In this document: positions 1 through 11,946 of the stretch, one piece after another
Layout of the letters: every line of letters starts with the position of its first letter
How positions within the stretch are numbered: the first letter of the stretch is position 1
Origin: Cyanophora paradoxa CCMP329
Taxonomy: Eukaryota > Plantae > Glaucophyta
Direction of reading: 5' to 3'
NCBI GenBank assembly: GCA_004431415.1
Contig: QPMI01000289.1
Span: 1 to 64,000, forward strand
DNA: 64,000 nucleotides
The notes under the pieces: generated by a model
The model's database searches: none
Seen by the model: the letters and a program-made list of their open reading frames with translations, nothing else
Told to the model about the DNA's origin: nothing
Position numbers and translations under genes: made by a program

Positions 1-1084
1 CGCGGGCCCGCTGGCTCGCCCTGCTCCGAGGCTCCCAAGTCAGCGCCGAGCGCGTGCGGAGCAGTGTGCGCGGTCCCGGCAGTGCGCACTCAGAGAAGCG
101 TTACGGATGGACTTCAAAGCGGAGACCGCGGGCACGCCCCGTCCAGCTTTGCTGGCCTTGCCGCAACTTCGCGCAAAGCTGGGGCTGCGGGCTTCCTGTC
201 CTTCCGGAATCCCGGCGTCGGCCGCGGGCTTCCTGTCCTTGCCGCTGACGCCTTCAAATTCGCTGCTGGCCTCGAGCTCCGCCGAGTACTAGTCGCGCCG
301 CATGAGCGCCGCATGCACTGCACTCGATCGCGCGCGCGCGCGGTTTGCCCCCGGCCTGCTGCTGGTGCTAGTACCGTGCTAGTACGGTGCTACCGTACGC
401 GTAGACTAGTGCGGCGTAGTACGCTTAGATTACTACGCTATAGCCTATAGCTAGTAGCTACGACCGCCAGTCTACCGCGTAGGCTTGCGGCGTACGCCAA
501 GCCAACGGACTAGCCGGCTAGGCTAGACGTGGACTACGCCGGCTTCCGAAGTGGACTAGTCGGCTAGCCTTGCCGGGCTATAGCTAGTCAACCAGGAGAC
601 TAGCCAAGAGGCTAGCCCGAGAGCGCTAGCCGCGAAAAGCCGCGAAAAAAGCTTTTTTAAGCGGCCAGGGGGGATAAAAAACAGCGATTGTTTCGACTTG
701 GCAAAGTTGGCATCAAGCTATAGCTAAGACTCAAAACAAGCAATTGCAATTTGCAAATAAACGACAATTGCAAAGCTTTGAAGCAAGCAAGTAGCCTAGT
801 AGGAGCGGGCTAGTCGTCGTCGACTCGTCGAACTGCTTGTATGGGCTAGTGATTACGGCTAGTTAGCCAGCTAGCTAGCGGCTAGTCTCCGGGCGGGACT
901 AGCCAACTAGCTAGCGGCGTTAGCCGCAGAACCGGCTGGCTAGGCTTGGCGTGAGCCGAGGGGCTCCCAGCCTAGCCGCAAGCCTACTACCGCGGCAGTA
1001 CGTATACCGCCAGACTACCGGCCGCGGTTGGGGACTCCGGGAGTCCGCGGGACTCGAAGGGGAGACTCTCGAGACTACCCGAAG

Positions 1085-1621
1085 CAGTGATGGAATTACT
1101 AATAACCTGGAAAATGGACTATTAATATTTATATAATGTTAATAATATATTATTATAATGTTACTAATAACGTTATTAATAACGTCCCATACAAACCCGT
1201 TCGAGGCAGTTTGAGGGCGTTTGAGGGCGTTCTTCGGTGGAAGATGGAGCGGAAACACTCTCCAATAAAGCAGTCACAGCATGGACGAGTGCATGCTTAC
1301 TGCTTGCATGAAATAAGACGTCGACCCGTCCCTTGCAGATCTAGAGGGGTACCAGATGCAACGTCGACAACGTCTCCGGGCGCTGCCACAACATCCCCGA
1401 AACAGCTAGGAATGCTTCTACATCGCTCCCAGATCATTGCGCAGCTCGCAGATTCGTAGCAGCGCGAAGCAAAGTGGAAATATGGTCAAATGCTAGGTAC
1501 CCCCCTAATAAATAACTTGTTATTAATAAGAATGGCTGAACTGGGGACCATTATATAATGTATTACTAACGTATTACTAATGGAATTAATAAAATCCTTA
1601 TTAATTACATTCCCATCACTG
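1085..1621. mobile_element. Non-autonomous hAT-type DNA transposon (MITE), 537 bp
   Basis: Imperfect TIRs CAGTGATGGAA...TTCCCATCACTG, AT-rich subterminal repeats, and an exact 8-bp direct duplication ACCCGAAG at 1077-1084 and 1622-1629. An 8-bp TSD with CAG termini is typical of hAT. Confidence 0.85.
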
Positions 1622-1916
1622 ACCCGAAGTAGTCTTTAATTTAGTCTTGGGACCCAGCCAGAAATACGCGTACCCACAGCTTGTTTTTTGCATTTAAGAG
1701 AAACTTGAAGCTTCGGAGCCTTCGCGATCGCCCCAGGCCCTTCGGTCCCCTTTTTTGCCAAAGTGTCATACTCGGTACGCTGTATATGAACAGTTGAGCG
1801 AATCGTTTTTCACCTTTTAGAAACTTCACAATTGTGGAACGTTAACACTCTCAGGAGCGCCTCCGAGACTCTCCGGCCGAGTCCGCAGGACCGCAGCTCG
1901 AAACTTCGAGTCGAAA

Positions 1917-2157
1917 CACAGCTCGTTTTTTTTACCGGTCGACCCGACACGGCCAAATATCCGGTTTCGTTAAATTCCCCTCGGGTTTTCGGAATTCCCC
2001 GGCTTTAGCTAGTGCAATCTACCCGGTAGCATGCCGGCTACAAGCTGTTGCGAGGAGACTAGCCGTTTTGCGGCGGGTGAAAAGTTATCGCGATCGCCGG
2101 CTACCCTTGCCCATATCCGGGCCGTGTTGGGTCGATTAGGAAAAAAAACGAGCTGTG
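1917..2157. mobile_element. 241-bp MITE with CAC termini (CMC/CACTA-like)
   Basis: About 38-bp imperfect TIRs CACAGCTCGTTTTTTTTACCGGTCGACCCGACACGGCC / GGCCGTGTTGGGTCGATTAGGAAAAAAAACGAGCTGTG, flanked on both sides by AAA (possible 3-bp TSD). Confidence 0.7.
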
Positions 2158-2594
2158 AAAGTACACCTCCGAGTCGAGAGTCCGCACTTCCAAATTCCAA
2201 TACCGAGATATTCGGCGAGAATCCGGTCCGAGATTAGTCTCAATCCTTCGAATTCATTTTCTGTGCAAGAAGTCAAAAGCATATATGAATCGATGATATG
2301 ATATAGTTAAGCATCTTTGAGTTCATGTTAAACCATAATAAACATGTTACAAATTGCAATCGCAATAATTGCAACATTCAATGCCTAACGTTGCCTGTTC
2401 ATGTGAACGTGCAAGTGTACATGTGCACGAAGTTACCACGAACTCGATCATGACTCACACTAATTATTTTGGGGTCGACGACTCGACGTCTTATACAATT
2501 ATATATACGGTTTTTATACCGTAGTACTGTACTAGTACATGCATACGCGTACGTACACACTATACCGTAGAACACGATATTAAGGTCTGTACTT

Positions 2595-2669
2595 TATTAT
2601 GTCGTCCCGAAATTATGTCGCCTCGGACGTCGACGGGACAAAACGACATAATTTGTGGACGTCATAATA
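2595..2669. repeat. Imperfect inverted repeat (hairpin), about 26-bp arms
   Basis: TATTATGTCGTCCCGAAATTATGTCG pairs with CGACATAATTTGTGGACGTCATAATA. Confidence 0.65.
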
Positions 2670-3014
2670 CGGGCTCGCTAAGTCGCCCTATACAGTACCC
2701 CCCAAAATTACTGAATAAGAATACTGGATCTTTATACTAGCAGACCGCGCCCGGCCCTGTGCAAGTGCGGCAAGTGCGGGCCGCGCGCGGAGGTGCAAGG
2801 GGGGGTACTGGTACACATTGCAGGGTACTTGGGGGGGAGGCGGGGGGCGCAGGGGAGGGGGGCGGAGGGGGCAGCTAGAGAGGCAAGGCGGGCGGCTGGG
2901 CGAGGCGGGCGGGGTGGCGAGGCGGGTAGGTGGGGTGGCGACGCGGGCGGCGGCACCAGGTGGGCGGGCAGGCGAGGGCGGTGGCGGGCGGAAAAGCGGC
3001 ATCCGAGGAGAGAA

Positions 3015-3400
3015 AGGTGGCGCCGGGCCCTGCGCGTAGCCTGCGCATGCGCAGAACCGAGGCGTCAGCTCGCCCCGGACAGCGGCCGTGTGGGGGCGGG
3101 GCCCAGCGGAGGCGGCCGGGTCAGGTGCTAAGCAGCAGCGGGGTGAACCAGCGGCGGGGCGAACCTGGAGTCGACGAAGCTGAAGCAGCCGGCGGGGCGG
3201 CGGGCGAGAAAGCGGGCGGAGCGACAGGTGGCGCCGAGCCCTGCGCATAGCCTGCGCAGAACCGAGGCGTCAGCTCGCCCCGGACAGCCGCGGCGCCGGC
3301 GCGGGGCCCAGTGAGGTCGGCCGGGTGACGCGCGCGGCGCCGGCAGCAGCGGCGCCGGCGGGGCGAACCTGGAGTCGACAAAGCTGAAACAGCGGGCGGG
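3015..3400. repeat. Degenerate tandem duplication, about 211-bp period
   Basis: The blocks AGGTGGCGCC...GCAGAACCGAGGCGTCAGCTCGCCCCGGACAGC and GGGGCGAACCTGGAGTCGAC each occur twice. Confidence 0.75.
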
Positions 3401-3535
3401 GCGACGGGCGCCTAGGCCTAGGGAGCAGCTGCTGAAGCAGCGGGCGCGCGGAGCAGCTGGGAGCAGCGGGCAGGGAAGCAGCCCGGCGCGGCGTACTAGG
3501 AGCAGCTGCGAATACTGCGACGCCGCCACCCTCCG

Positions 3536-4288
3536 CTACCGTAGTACAGCTAGTGCGGAGCGCCGGCCGCGGGTCAAGCCACGCATCCAGTCCGGCGCCC
3601 CGGCCGCGGGCCGAGGCGTGCGAGTGGTGATCCGCCCCGTGCTTGCGCTTGAAGGGCTTGACATCGCCGAGCTGAAGTCCGCCTGAACCGGAGTCCGGCA
3701 AGATCTGCACCCGACCGTACCGGCCTTGTCAGAGCCGTCGTCGAATGTGCACGCCCAGCTTGGGATTGCCGGGCGGCGCGCGAGATCACCTAGGCCTTCC
3801 ATCTGGCAAGAGTGTGGCATGTTTGAAGAGATCGGAATCGCCGAGCTTGAATCTGCTGACGGCGGGCGCGGGGCACTCAGAACCATCGGCGCACACTCGT
3901 CCAAGCGGCGCGCACCGAAACGCGGCGTCGCGGGCGCCTTCTTCCTGCACTGGCGAACGTGCTTATACAGGTTGTCCTGCCGAGTGAAGTGCTTCCCGCA
4001 GCGAGTGCATTTGCCGCCCGGATGGCAGCCGCGCGGGTCGGAGCAAGGCTGCAAGCTCGAGCAAAGCTCAACTTCGCTTGCGACTACGTCTGTCGGCCGC
4101 GGACCCGGGCGAAGGGCCATGACGCAGGAGAACGAAGTACGGGTACGGCAACACGATCTCCTCCAACTCTCAGGAGCGCTTTTTTTCGGCGTCCGGTACA
4201 ACAGGTGCTTGAGGCGGCCTAGCGCGCCACGCGCCACTTCTCGAGCCCGGGCATGTATGACAGAATTTGTAGAGCGCATTGAGAGCAT
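3536..4288 (-). CDS. Possible C2H2/C2HC zinc-finger protein or fragment (boundaries uncertain)
   Basis: The ORF contains CTRCGKHFTRQDNLYKHVRQC, a classical zinc-finger pattern. The rest of the ORF is unrecognised. Confidence 0.4.
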   Translation of the reverse strand: MLSMRSTNSVIHARAREVARGALGRLKHLLYRTPKKSAPESWRRSCCRTRTSFSCVMALRPGPRPTDVVASEVELCSSLQPCSDPRGCHPGGKCTRCGKHFTRQDNLYKHVRQCRKKAPATPRFGARRLDECAPMVLSAPRPPSADSSSAIPISSNMPHSCQMEGLGDLARRPAIPSWACTFDDGSDKAGTVGCRSCRTPVQADFSSAMSSPSSASTGRITTRTPRPAAGAPDWMRGLTRGRRSALAVLR

Positions 4289-5343
4289 TCAGGAGCACGT
4301 GGTCTGGCGCATATAGCGATAGCAGGTGAGGCGCGACCTCGACATGTTTGCGCAGCCCCGCCCTTGCATTGTTTTTCGCCGCTCGCAGCGGCTACGATGC
4401 GATCACACCTATACGAGAGCGCATGCAAAGAATCGCATCTTACAAAAATTGCTAACACAGAAAGTACGCCGCACCAACTCACCAGGGGAGCAAGGGAGGG
4501 GGTACCCCCCCTTGCAATATAGTATACGTATGCCAATTGCAATATACCAAAGTTTTGAGGCCCGACTACTAATTATAAAGTTTTATCGTATACTAAACGT
4601 TAACCTGAGGTGCTGGGGGGGGGGGAGGGGAGGGGGGAGGGGGGGGGAGGGGGGGAGGGGGTGGGTTCGTAGCGCAGCCGTAGATGCAGCGCGGGAGAAG
4701 CTAGCTAGCGCTGTGGTGCGAGGGGGCTCCCGCCAGCCACCAGCTACATGTACAGTGACGGCACAGCTGCAGTCTCACAGTGCACGTGGGAATCGATTAT
4801 CGATATCATCATATTATCATGGCATCACCGTGGCACAGAGTCATGGCATGCCGCAGTGCAGGTCACCGGGTGCTGATAATCGGATTTCGAATTCGAAACT
4901 GTGCACGTGTCGACGTACGTCAACTAAGTACTGTTTCCGAAGTTCGGACCCGGGAAAGTACGTATACGTATATATAGATCGATTTAAAATACCGAATAGA
5001 GAGACGCGTAATTATAATCTGCTACAATTGCAATCTATGCATATGCGCAGGGTCTACATTTAAATCTCTATGTACGGATATGCGAAAAAGAAGAGCCGCA
5101 CGATCATGAATCGCGGCACGATCCTGAACTCGAGTCCTATGACTCTCAGTGAGCGACGTAGTATCTTTTCCTGCGGGGCCTCAGGGCCTGAAATTCTCTG
5201 CACACATATAAAGCTTTAGAAGCGCTAAAGTCCGAGAAGCGAAATCCCATGGCCAGCGACGTTTTCGGCTGAAGCTGAGTACTGCTGTACAGGGGCGTAC
5301 TGCGCTAATTATAAGGCACGGGGCAAGGGGTGGGGGCGGGGGG

Positions 5344-8300
5344 TCAGGGGGTGGGCGGGGCGTGGGGCTGGCCGCGGTCGCGGGCGGCCTGCTCGCGGGC
5401 GCGGGCCTGCCAGGCGGCGAGGTTGGAGCGGAGGCAGGCGAGCGGGGCCTGCATGACTTGCGGGATCAGCCCGTTGAGCGCCTCCAGCATCTGCCCCCGC
5501 CCCGCTCGGCCCCCCGCCCGCCCCCACGCGGCGCGCGCGGGGCGCACCGGCAGGGCGAATCCCGTGAGGAAGGCCACCTGGCCCGAGGCGCAGCTGCGGG
5601 GCCGGGCCCGGGGCGGTCGGGCGGGGGCGGGGGGAGGGCGGGGCCGGGGCGGGGCGGGGGGTGCACCCCATGTCGGGCTCGTCCTTGGCGACGAGGTGGG
5701 CGGGCACCTCGGCCCCGATCTCCTGCCGCAGCCGCCCCTCCTCCAGCTGCTCCTGCTGCAGCAGCTGCGCCCTGCCCCGCCCTCAGCGCGCCCCGGGCCC
5801 CCGAGGCCGCCCCGGCCCCGCCCCGCCGCACCAGTGGTGGCTGTTCTCGAACGTCCGCAGCGTGTTCGCGAGGTCTGCGCGCCGCGGTCCGTCGGCAGGC
5901 GGCGGGGCGCCGGCGCCTTGCCCGGCGTGCTCGCACCGGCGGTTTTCAGCAAGATTGCATTGAGGAGGACCCAGTCGGGCATCAGGTCGGCCCCGGCCCC
6001 CAGCCGCGTCGGCGGCGCGGCGGCCGGCAGAGGCGCCGCCCTCCCCTCGCCCCCGAACCGCCGCGCAAACGCTTCCATGTACTCCTCGTGGTGCGTCATG
6101 TCTGCGGCGAGGCGTCGGAGGGGAGGGGAGGAGGGTACGGCGGGGGCGGGGGCGGGGGTACCGGTGGCGAGGATGCAGGCGACGACGCTCTGCATGAAGC
6201 GCTTCTTCTCCTCGGGGCTCAGGCCCGCCAGGATCCCGAGGGACTGCACACAAGAGGGGGTACCCTAAGGTCGGGGGGGAAGGGGGGGAGAGGGACAGGA
6301 GGGAGGGGAGGGGAGGAGAGCACCTTCTGCTCAAGGAGCGTCACGCAGCGGGAGGCGTGGTGCCGCTCCAGGGGGCTCTGCGCGGGGGTGGTGTCAGGCG
6401 GCGCGGCCGTGGGGGACTCCAAGCGCAGCAGAAAGGGCGGGCCTGGTCGGCGTAGAGGACGGCGAGCGGGGCGCGCGAGACGATGAGGTACGAGCTCGAG
6501 ACCCCGGGGTGGTCCAGGTCTGTCCCACCCGCCCCCGTCGAGGAGGGCCCCGGCGCGGGCGCGGGCGACGCGCGGGGGGTACCGTGACACAGTGCGGCGA
6601 CCATGAGGGCGAAACGGTCGACGGCGCTGACGAAAGGGCGCCCCTCGGCCCCCTCCGCCTGCGGGGGAGGAGGCTCGACGGGGTACCGAGCTCGAGGCCG
6701 AGAAGCGGCCGCGGGCTCGGGGGCTACCTTCGCCGCCGGGTTGGGGAACGGCTCGTCGACGTCGCTGGGGAGGGACTTGAGCATGAGGTAAGTCTGCGGA
6801 GGGGGCACGGCGTCTCGGCGACATTGGGAGGGGGGGGGGGGGGGGGGGGGGGGGGAACATGTGCGGAGGGCGAGGGCGGCGCACGAAGTGGCAGGCGTCC
6901 AGCGCGTGGACGGCGTTGTGGAAGGGAACGTTCCTTCGGTGAGACCGGGAGAGGTCAGATCAGATACCGGGTAAGGAGGGGGGGGGACGGGTTGCGGGGG
7001 TACCGGTAGGCGGCGACGGCGGCGTTGACGAAGGCGGCGAGCTCGCGCTCGCGTATCTTGAAGCGCCGCACCAGCTGCCGCGCCGCGCTCGCGATCAGCC
7101 GCCCGTGCGACGGCAGGCGCGCGGGAGGGCGTGGAGGGGCGGGCGGCCTGGCACCCCCAGGCGGGCGCAGAGCTCCTTGAAGAGGGCGGGTAGTCCCGCG
7201 CCGGCACCTGCGCCGCCCCGGGGCGCCCGCGTCAGGCGCCGAGGGGGGAGTGGGGGGGGGGGGGGGGGGGGGGGGAGGGCGGGCGGGCCTGCCAGAGGGC
7301 GAAGTCGTGGCGGTCGAGGCGGGAGGGTCCCGCATGAACTCCGGCTCCCCGGGCCCTTAGGCGTCCCCTCGAACGACCCCGGCCGCCCCGCCCCCGCCGC
7401 CCCGCCCCCGCCCGCCGCGGCCGCCGCCGCCGCGGCCGCCGCGGCCGCCGCGTCGCCCGGGCGCTGCACGCCGAGCAGGATGTACGTGTGCATCTCTGCG
7501 GGGCGGAGCGTGGGTGTGTGAAGAGGGATAGAGGCGCGGGGGCGGACCGCCCTTGCCCTTGACGTAGACCTTGCCGCGGTCCTCGAAGGAGAAGCGCCCC
7601 CGCAGGCGCTCGTACGCGTCCTTCGACACCTGGCCCCGCCCCGCCCCGCCCCGCCCCCGTCAGAGCGGCGGGGCGGGAGGGAGGGGGGGCGCCGCCCGCG
7701 CCCGCCCCGGACCTGCGTGCGGCCGGGCACGCCGCTGCTCTCCATGCGGCTCGCCACGTTGACCGCGTCGCCCCTGCGCCCCGCGGTCTCAGCGAGCGCT
7801 CGGTCGCTCGCGCAAGCGCGGGGGGCGGTGCGGGGCGGGCGGGCCAGAGGTCGTAGAGGTACTTCTTCTTGCCGATGACGCCGGCGACGACGGTGCCGAC
7901 GTGGAGGCCGACGCGGATGCGGAAGGGGCGCCCGTCGAAGCCCCGGTACTGGCTCACCACCTCGTGCATCCCCAGCGCCATTTTCTGCGTGCGCAGCGCT
8001 CCCTTTTTCGCCGGGGCGGGGCGGGGCGGGGCGGGGCGGGGGCGGACGGCCATGCGGTCGAGCGGGGGCTCGACGCCCGGGGGCCGGGGCTCGTCGCCCT
8101 GCTCGAGGACGCCGGCGGCGCACATGAAGGCGTCCCCCAGCGTCTTGATCTTCTCCACCCGGTACTCCTCCGCCAGCGAGTCGAACTGCGAGAAGATCTC
8201 TGCCCCCCAGCCCCCGTCAGCGCCCCGCCCCGGCCCCTCCACAGCGCCGGGGCCGGGGGCGGGGGCGGACCGTTGAGGAGGCGGACGAGGTCGGCGGCGT

Positions 8301-10652
8301 CCATGGAGCCGGCCAGCGGCGTGAACTCCACTGCGCCCCGCCCCGAGCTCAGCCCGCCCCGCCGGCCACGAGGAGGCGGCGGGCACCGATGTCGGCGAAG
8401 AGGATGGCGACGCCGTCGCAGCGGTCGGCGATGCACTCCTGGGGCGCCTCCATCAGCCGCCGCGCGATCCTGCCGCGCGGGGCCCCCTTCAGCGCCCCCA
8501 GCCCGCCGCGCCCCGGCCGCGGGGCCGGCCGGAGCGGTGTGGCGCACGACGGGGGCAGCATGTTGGCGAGCAGCTGCTCGGTCCTGGGGGGCGGCTCAGC
8601 GGTGCGGCTGGGGCGGGGCGGGGCGGGGCGGGGCGTGCTTGAGGCGCTGGGCGGCGAGGGCGGCCTCCATCTCCTTGCGGGCGGTGATGTCCCGGATCAT
8701 CCCCACGAAGAAGTGCTCCCGCCCGATCACCATCTCCCTGCGCCCCCGCCCCGCCCCGCTCGCCCCGCGCCCCGTGCTCCGCACATCGCGCGGCGCCGGG
8801 CGGGGCGGGGCGGACGACATGGAGAGCTCGATGGGGAACTCGGAGCCGTCGGCGCGCTTGCCGACGACCTCGCGGATCGTCCCCACCACCATGCTCTTCT
8901 TCGTCTCCAGGTACCGCCGCAGGTACTCGTCGTGGTTCCGCGCGTACCGCTCCGGCATCAAGATGTCCACCTTGTTCCCTGCCGCGAGGACGGAGCGTCA
9001 GGCGGGCGGGGGCGGCGGGGCGTCCGGGGCGGGGCACCGAGCATGGTGGAGAGGGGGGTGCCGAAGATCTCGCAGAGGCGCTGGTTCCCGCTCAGGATGA
9101 TCGAGCGCGCGTCGATCAGGCAGATCCCGTCGTTTGCCTGCGGGCAGGGGGGGGGGGGGGGGGGGGGGGAACGATCAGCGGGGAGGGGGGCGAGAGGGCG
9201 GGGCCACGGGGCGCGCCGTGGCCATGATCTGCTTGGAGCGGTACTCCTCGAGGGCCGCCTTCTGCCGCGAGTCCTCCAGCCGCCGCGTCACCTGCCTCGG
9301 CGCTCGGCGCCCGCGCCCAGCCCCGGCCCCGCCCCGCCCCGCCGGGCCCCGCCCCGCGCACCGTCATGATGCGGTTCGCCATCCGCGAGTAGGAGGCCTC
9401 GATGTAGCCTGCCGGGCCGTCGCGGGGCGGGCGGGGGCGGGGGCGGGGGCGGGCGAGGGGAGCGGGGGCACCGGCCTCGAGGTACTGGCGGATGGGGGCG
9501 CCCTCGGGGGGCTCCTCGAAGGCGGGGAGGGCCCCCAGGCCGCCCTTCCTCGAGCTGTTCTCGTCGAAGAAGCGGTCCATCCGCGCGCACAGCTGCTCCC
9601 CGCGTTCACCGCGTTTCAGCGGGGGGGTGGGGGGCGGGGGCGGGGGCGGACGGCGTGGAGGGGCCGGGAGATGCGGCGGGAGAGGGCGAGGGCGAGGAGG
9701 AGGGTGGCGAGGACGTCGACCCCCGCGATGGCCGCCGCCGCCGCCACCGCCTGCCCCGCCCCCTCAGCCCGCGGCGCCGGGCGAGGGGCGCGGGGCGCGG
9801 GGCGGGCACGGGGCGGGGGCGTCGGGGGCGGGGAGGGGCGGGGCCGGCGTAGAGGATGCCGGCGACGGCCGCCACGACGGCGACCGTCAGCAGCTTCGGC
9901 AGCAGCGCGTGCACCTGCGGGGGGGGGGGGGGGCCGCTCGGCCGCCCCGTACGAGTCGGGCCGGCGGGGTGCGGGCGGGGCGGACGAGGATGAGGGTGCG
10001 GGCGCTGGCCCAGTCGCCGGAGATGGCGGCCCGGAAGCTGGCGAGGCTCTCCCGCCGCGTCTGCGCCCTCGGCTCGAAGCTCGGCACCTCCGACGACCTG
10101 CCCCCCGCCCCCGGTCGCCCCCGACGTCGATCCGCTGCCGGCCGCGCGGGGCGGGATGGTGGCGGCGCGCACGACAGGTCGGCCTTGAGGCGCTCCTGCA
10201 GCGCCTCGGCGTGCGCCCCTTGCACCTGCGCCCCCGTCGCAGGCGGTCCGGGGCCGGGCGGGGCGGGGCGGGACGGGCGGGCGGGCCTGGGAGAGGTCCG
10301 AGCCGCCGTGGAAGAGCTTGCCGCCCTGCTCGGGGTCGAGCTCGAAGAGGCCCCGGTTGACGACGACGGCCCGCTCCCCCGCGGGCCCCGTGCTGCTCCC
10401 CTTCCGCGAGGCCGCCTCCTCCCCGTCCAGGAACTTGATGTTCGCATCCGAGCGCGTCCCGTAGCCGCCGCCGGCGCCACTCGCCCTGCGCGCCCCCGCC
10501 CGGCGGCCGGCGTGTTCAGCCGGCGCAGCTGCAGGGCGAGGCAGGGGGCGGCCCCCCCGCGGCCGAGCGCACCTCGCCGCGCCAGGCTTCACACCGTCTG
10601 TGGCCGCCGGCTGCGGGTGCACACGCGCATCTTGGGCGGGGGGAAGCGCCAT
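5344..10652 (-). CDS. Multi-exon membrane PAS-adenylate cyclase-phosphodiesterase protein
   Basis: Successive exons give hydrophobic segments (LLTVAVVAAVAGILY); PAS (ILMPERYARNHDEYLRRYLET...GKRADGSEFPIELS...FFVGMIRDIT); cyclase ([80 protein letters not shown]); then PDE motifs (PFHNAVHALD, LCHDLDHPG, SPLERHH, ILATDM, LKTADLAN, GQVAF). Confidence 0.85.
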
Positions 10653-11946
10653 GACGCCCCTCGGAGGGCGCGATGGCCGCGGCTGCTGCTGCGCGCCAGC
10701 GGCTGCGCTCGCCCTGCGCGAGTTCACGGCGCTGTCGTGACCCTCGCGGCCTTCCTCGCCCCGATCCAGCTCAATTAATCAGTCCTCCGAGCTCGAGGGT
10801 CGCTCTTGTGCCCGATCGACCTCGACGAGTCGCATGCGCATGCCGCGCTGCTCCGAGGCTCCCGCAGTAATACTCGAATAGTGGCGCGCGGCCAGTACGC
10901 TTAGGCGCGGCTAGCCTAGTAGTAGCGCCGGCTACTCTACAGTCACGGTAGCCTGCAGGCTGCAGGGCCAGTGCAGGCTGCACGCGTGCGGTACACTGTG
11001 ACACGTACGTATACGCGTGGCGTCGCGTGCACTGCGCGGCCGCCGGGCAGCTTTTCTACTAGGCTAGTCACTGCACTGATCAGAGTACGATATCGCGATC
11101 GGCCCAGCGACCCTTCCGAGAGTCCGAAGTTCCTAACTAAGTAAGTTACGTATACGAATGCGCTGCGCATGCGGCATGCGGCATGCCAGTGATGCCACAG
11201 TGGCAGACAGTGCTGCGTACTCAGTATAACAGTGCGTATGCAGGGCATTGCAGGCTCTTAGACCTTTGTTCGAGCCTCGGAGTCGACGTCGGTTCCGACT
11301 CAACTTCCGAGTACCCTGGCTGCTGTTGCTGCGGAGGTTGGGAGGGGAAGAAGCGGCGATCTCGACTCTTGAGTCACGGCCGTTGCTCAAAGATCACGTC
11401 GTGTACCCTAAAAGCCAATTTCCGTGTACCCCGGAGGCCCGGCCGCCCAATTTAATTTCCGGCCAATTTCCAGCTGGTGAACTTCCGCTTGGATCATGAT
11501 CATGATCAGGTCCGATTCCGTCTGAAGACTCCGGAACTTGGCAAACGCCGCGCCTGATCCAATCTGGATCGATCATCTTGGATCGATACAGTATCAAGTA
11601 CTTGGTTACGTATACGCGGGCCCAACGCGGCGCGTACGGTCAATTTGCAAATTGGATGCTACCGTGTGCTACGCGTACGTGAGCTTCGAAATTCCGCGTC
11701 GACCGTCGCCGGTCCGTCGGTCCGGCGTCGGACGTCAATCGCGAGCTCGAGCCGCACAATCGCAAGTACTACGGTAGTAGCCAGTTTACGGTGCGAGGTG
11801 CGAGACCGTGCGACACCGTGCGAGTCGGTGCGACTAGCAGCAGCTGCAGGCAGCAGTATACGTAGATCTTGATACAAACCGGCGCGAGCCGCGCGGAGCG
11901 CGAGCTCTGAAGCACTTGTGGTCGCAGACTACCGGTAGTACTCGCA

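Noticed and set aside
2690-2812. Tc1/mariner-like end TA|CAGTACCCCCC with an inverted copy at about 2800
   Set aside because: The match is short and G-run driven, and the right copy lacks a TA duplication.
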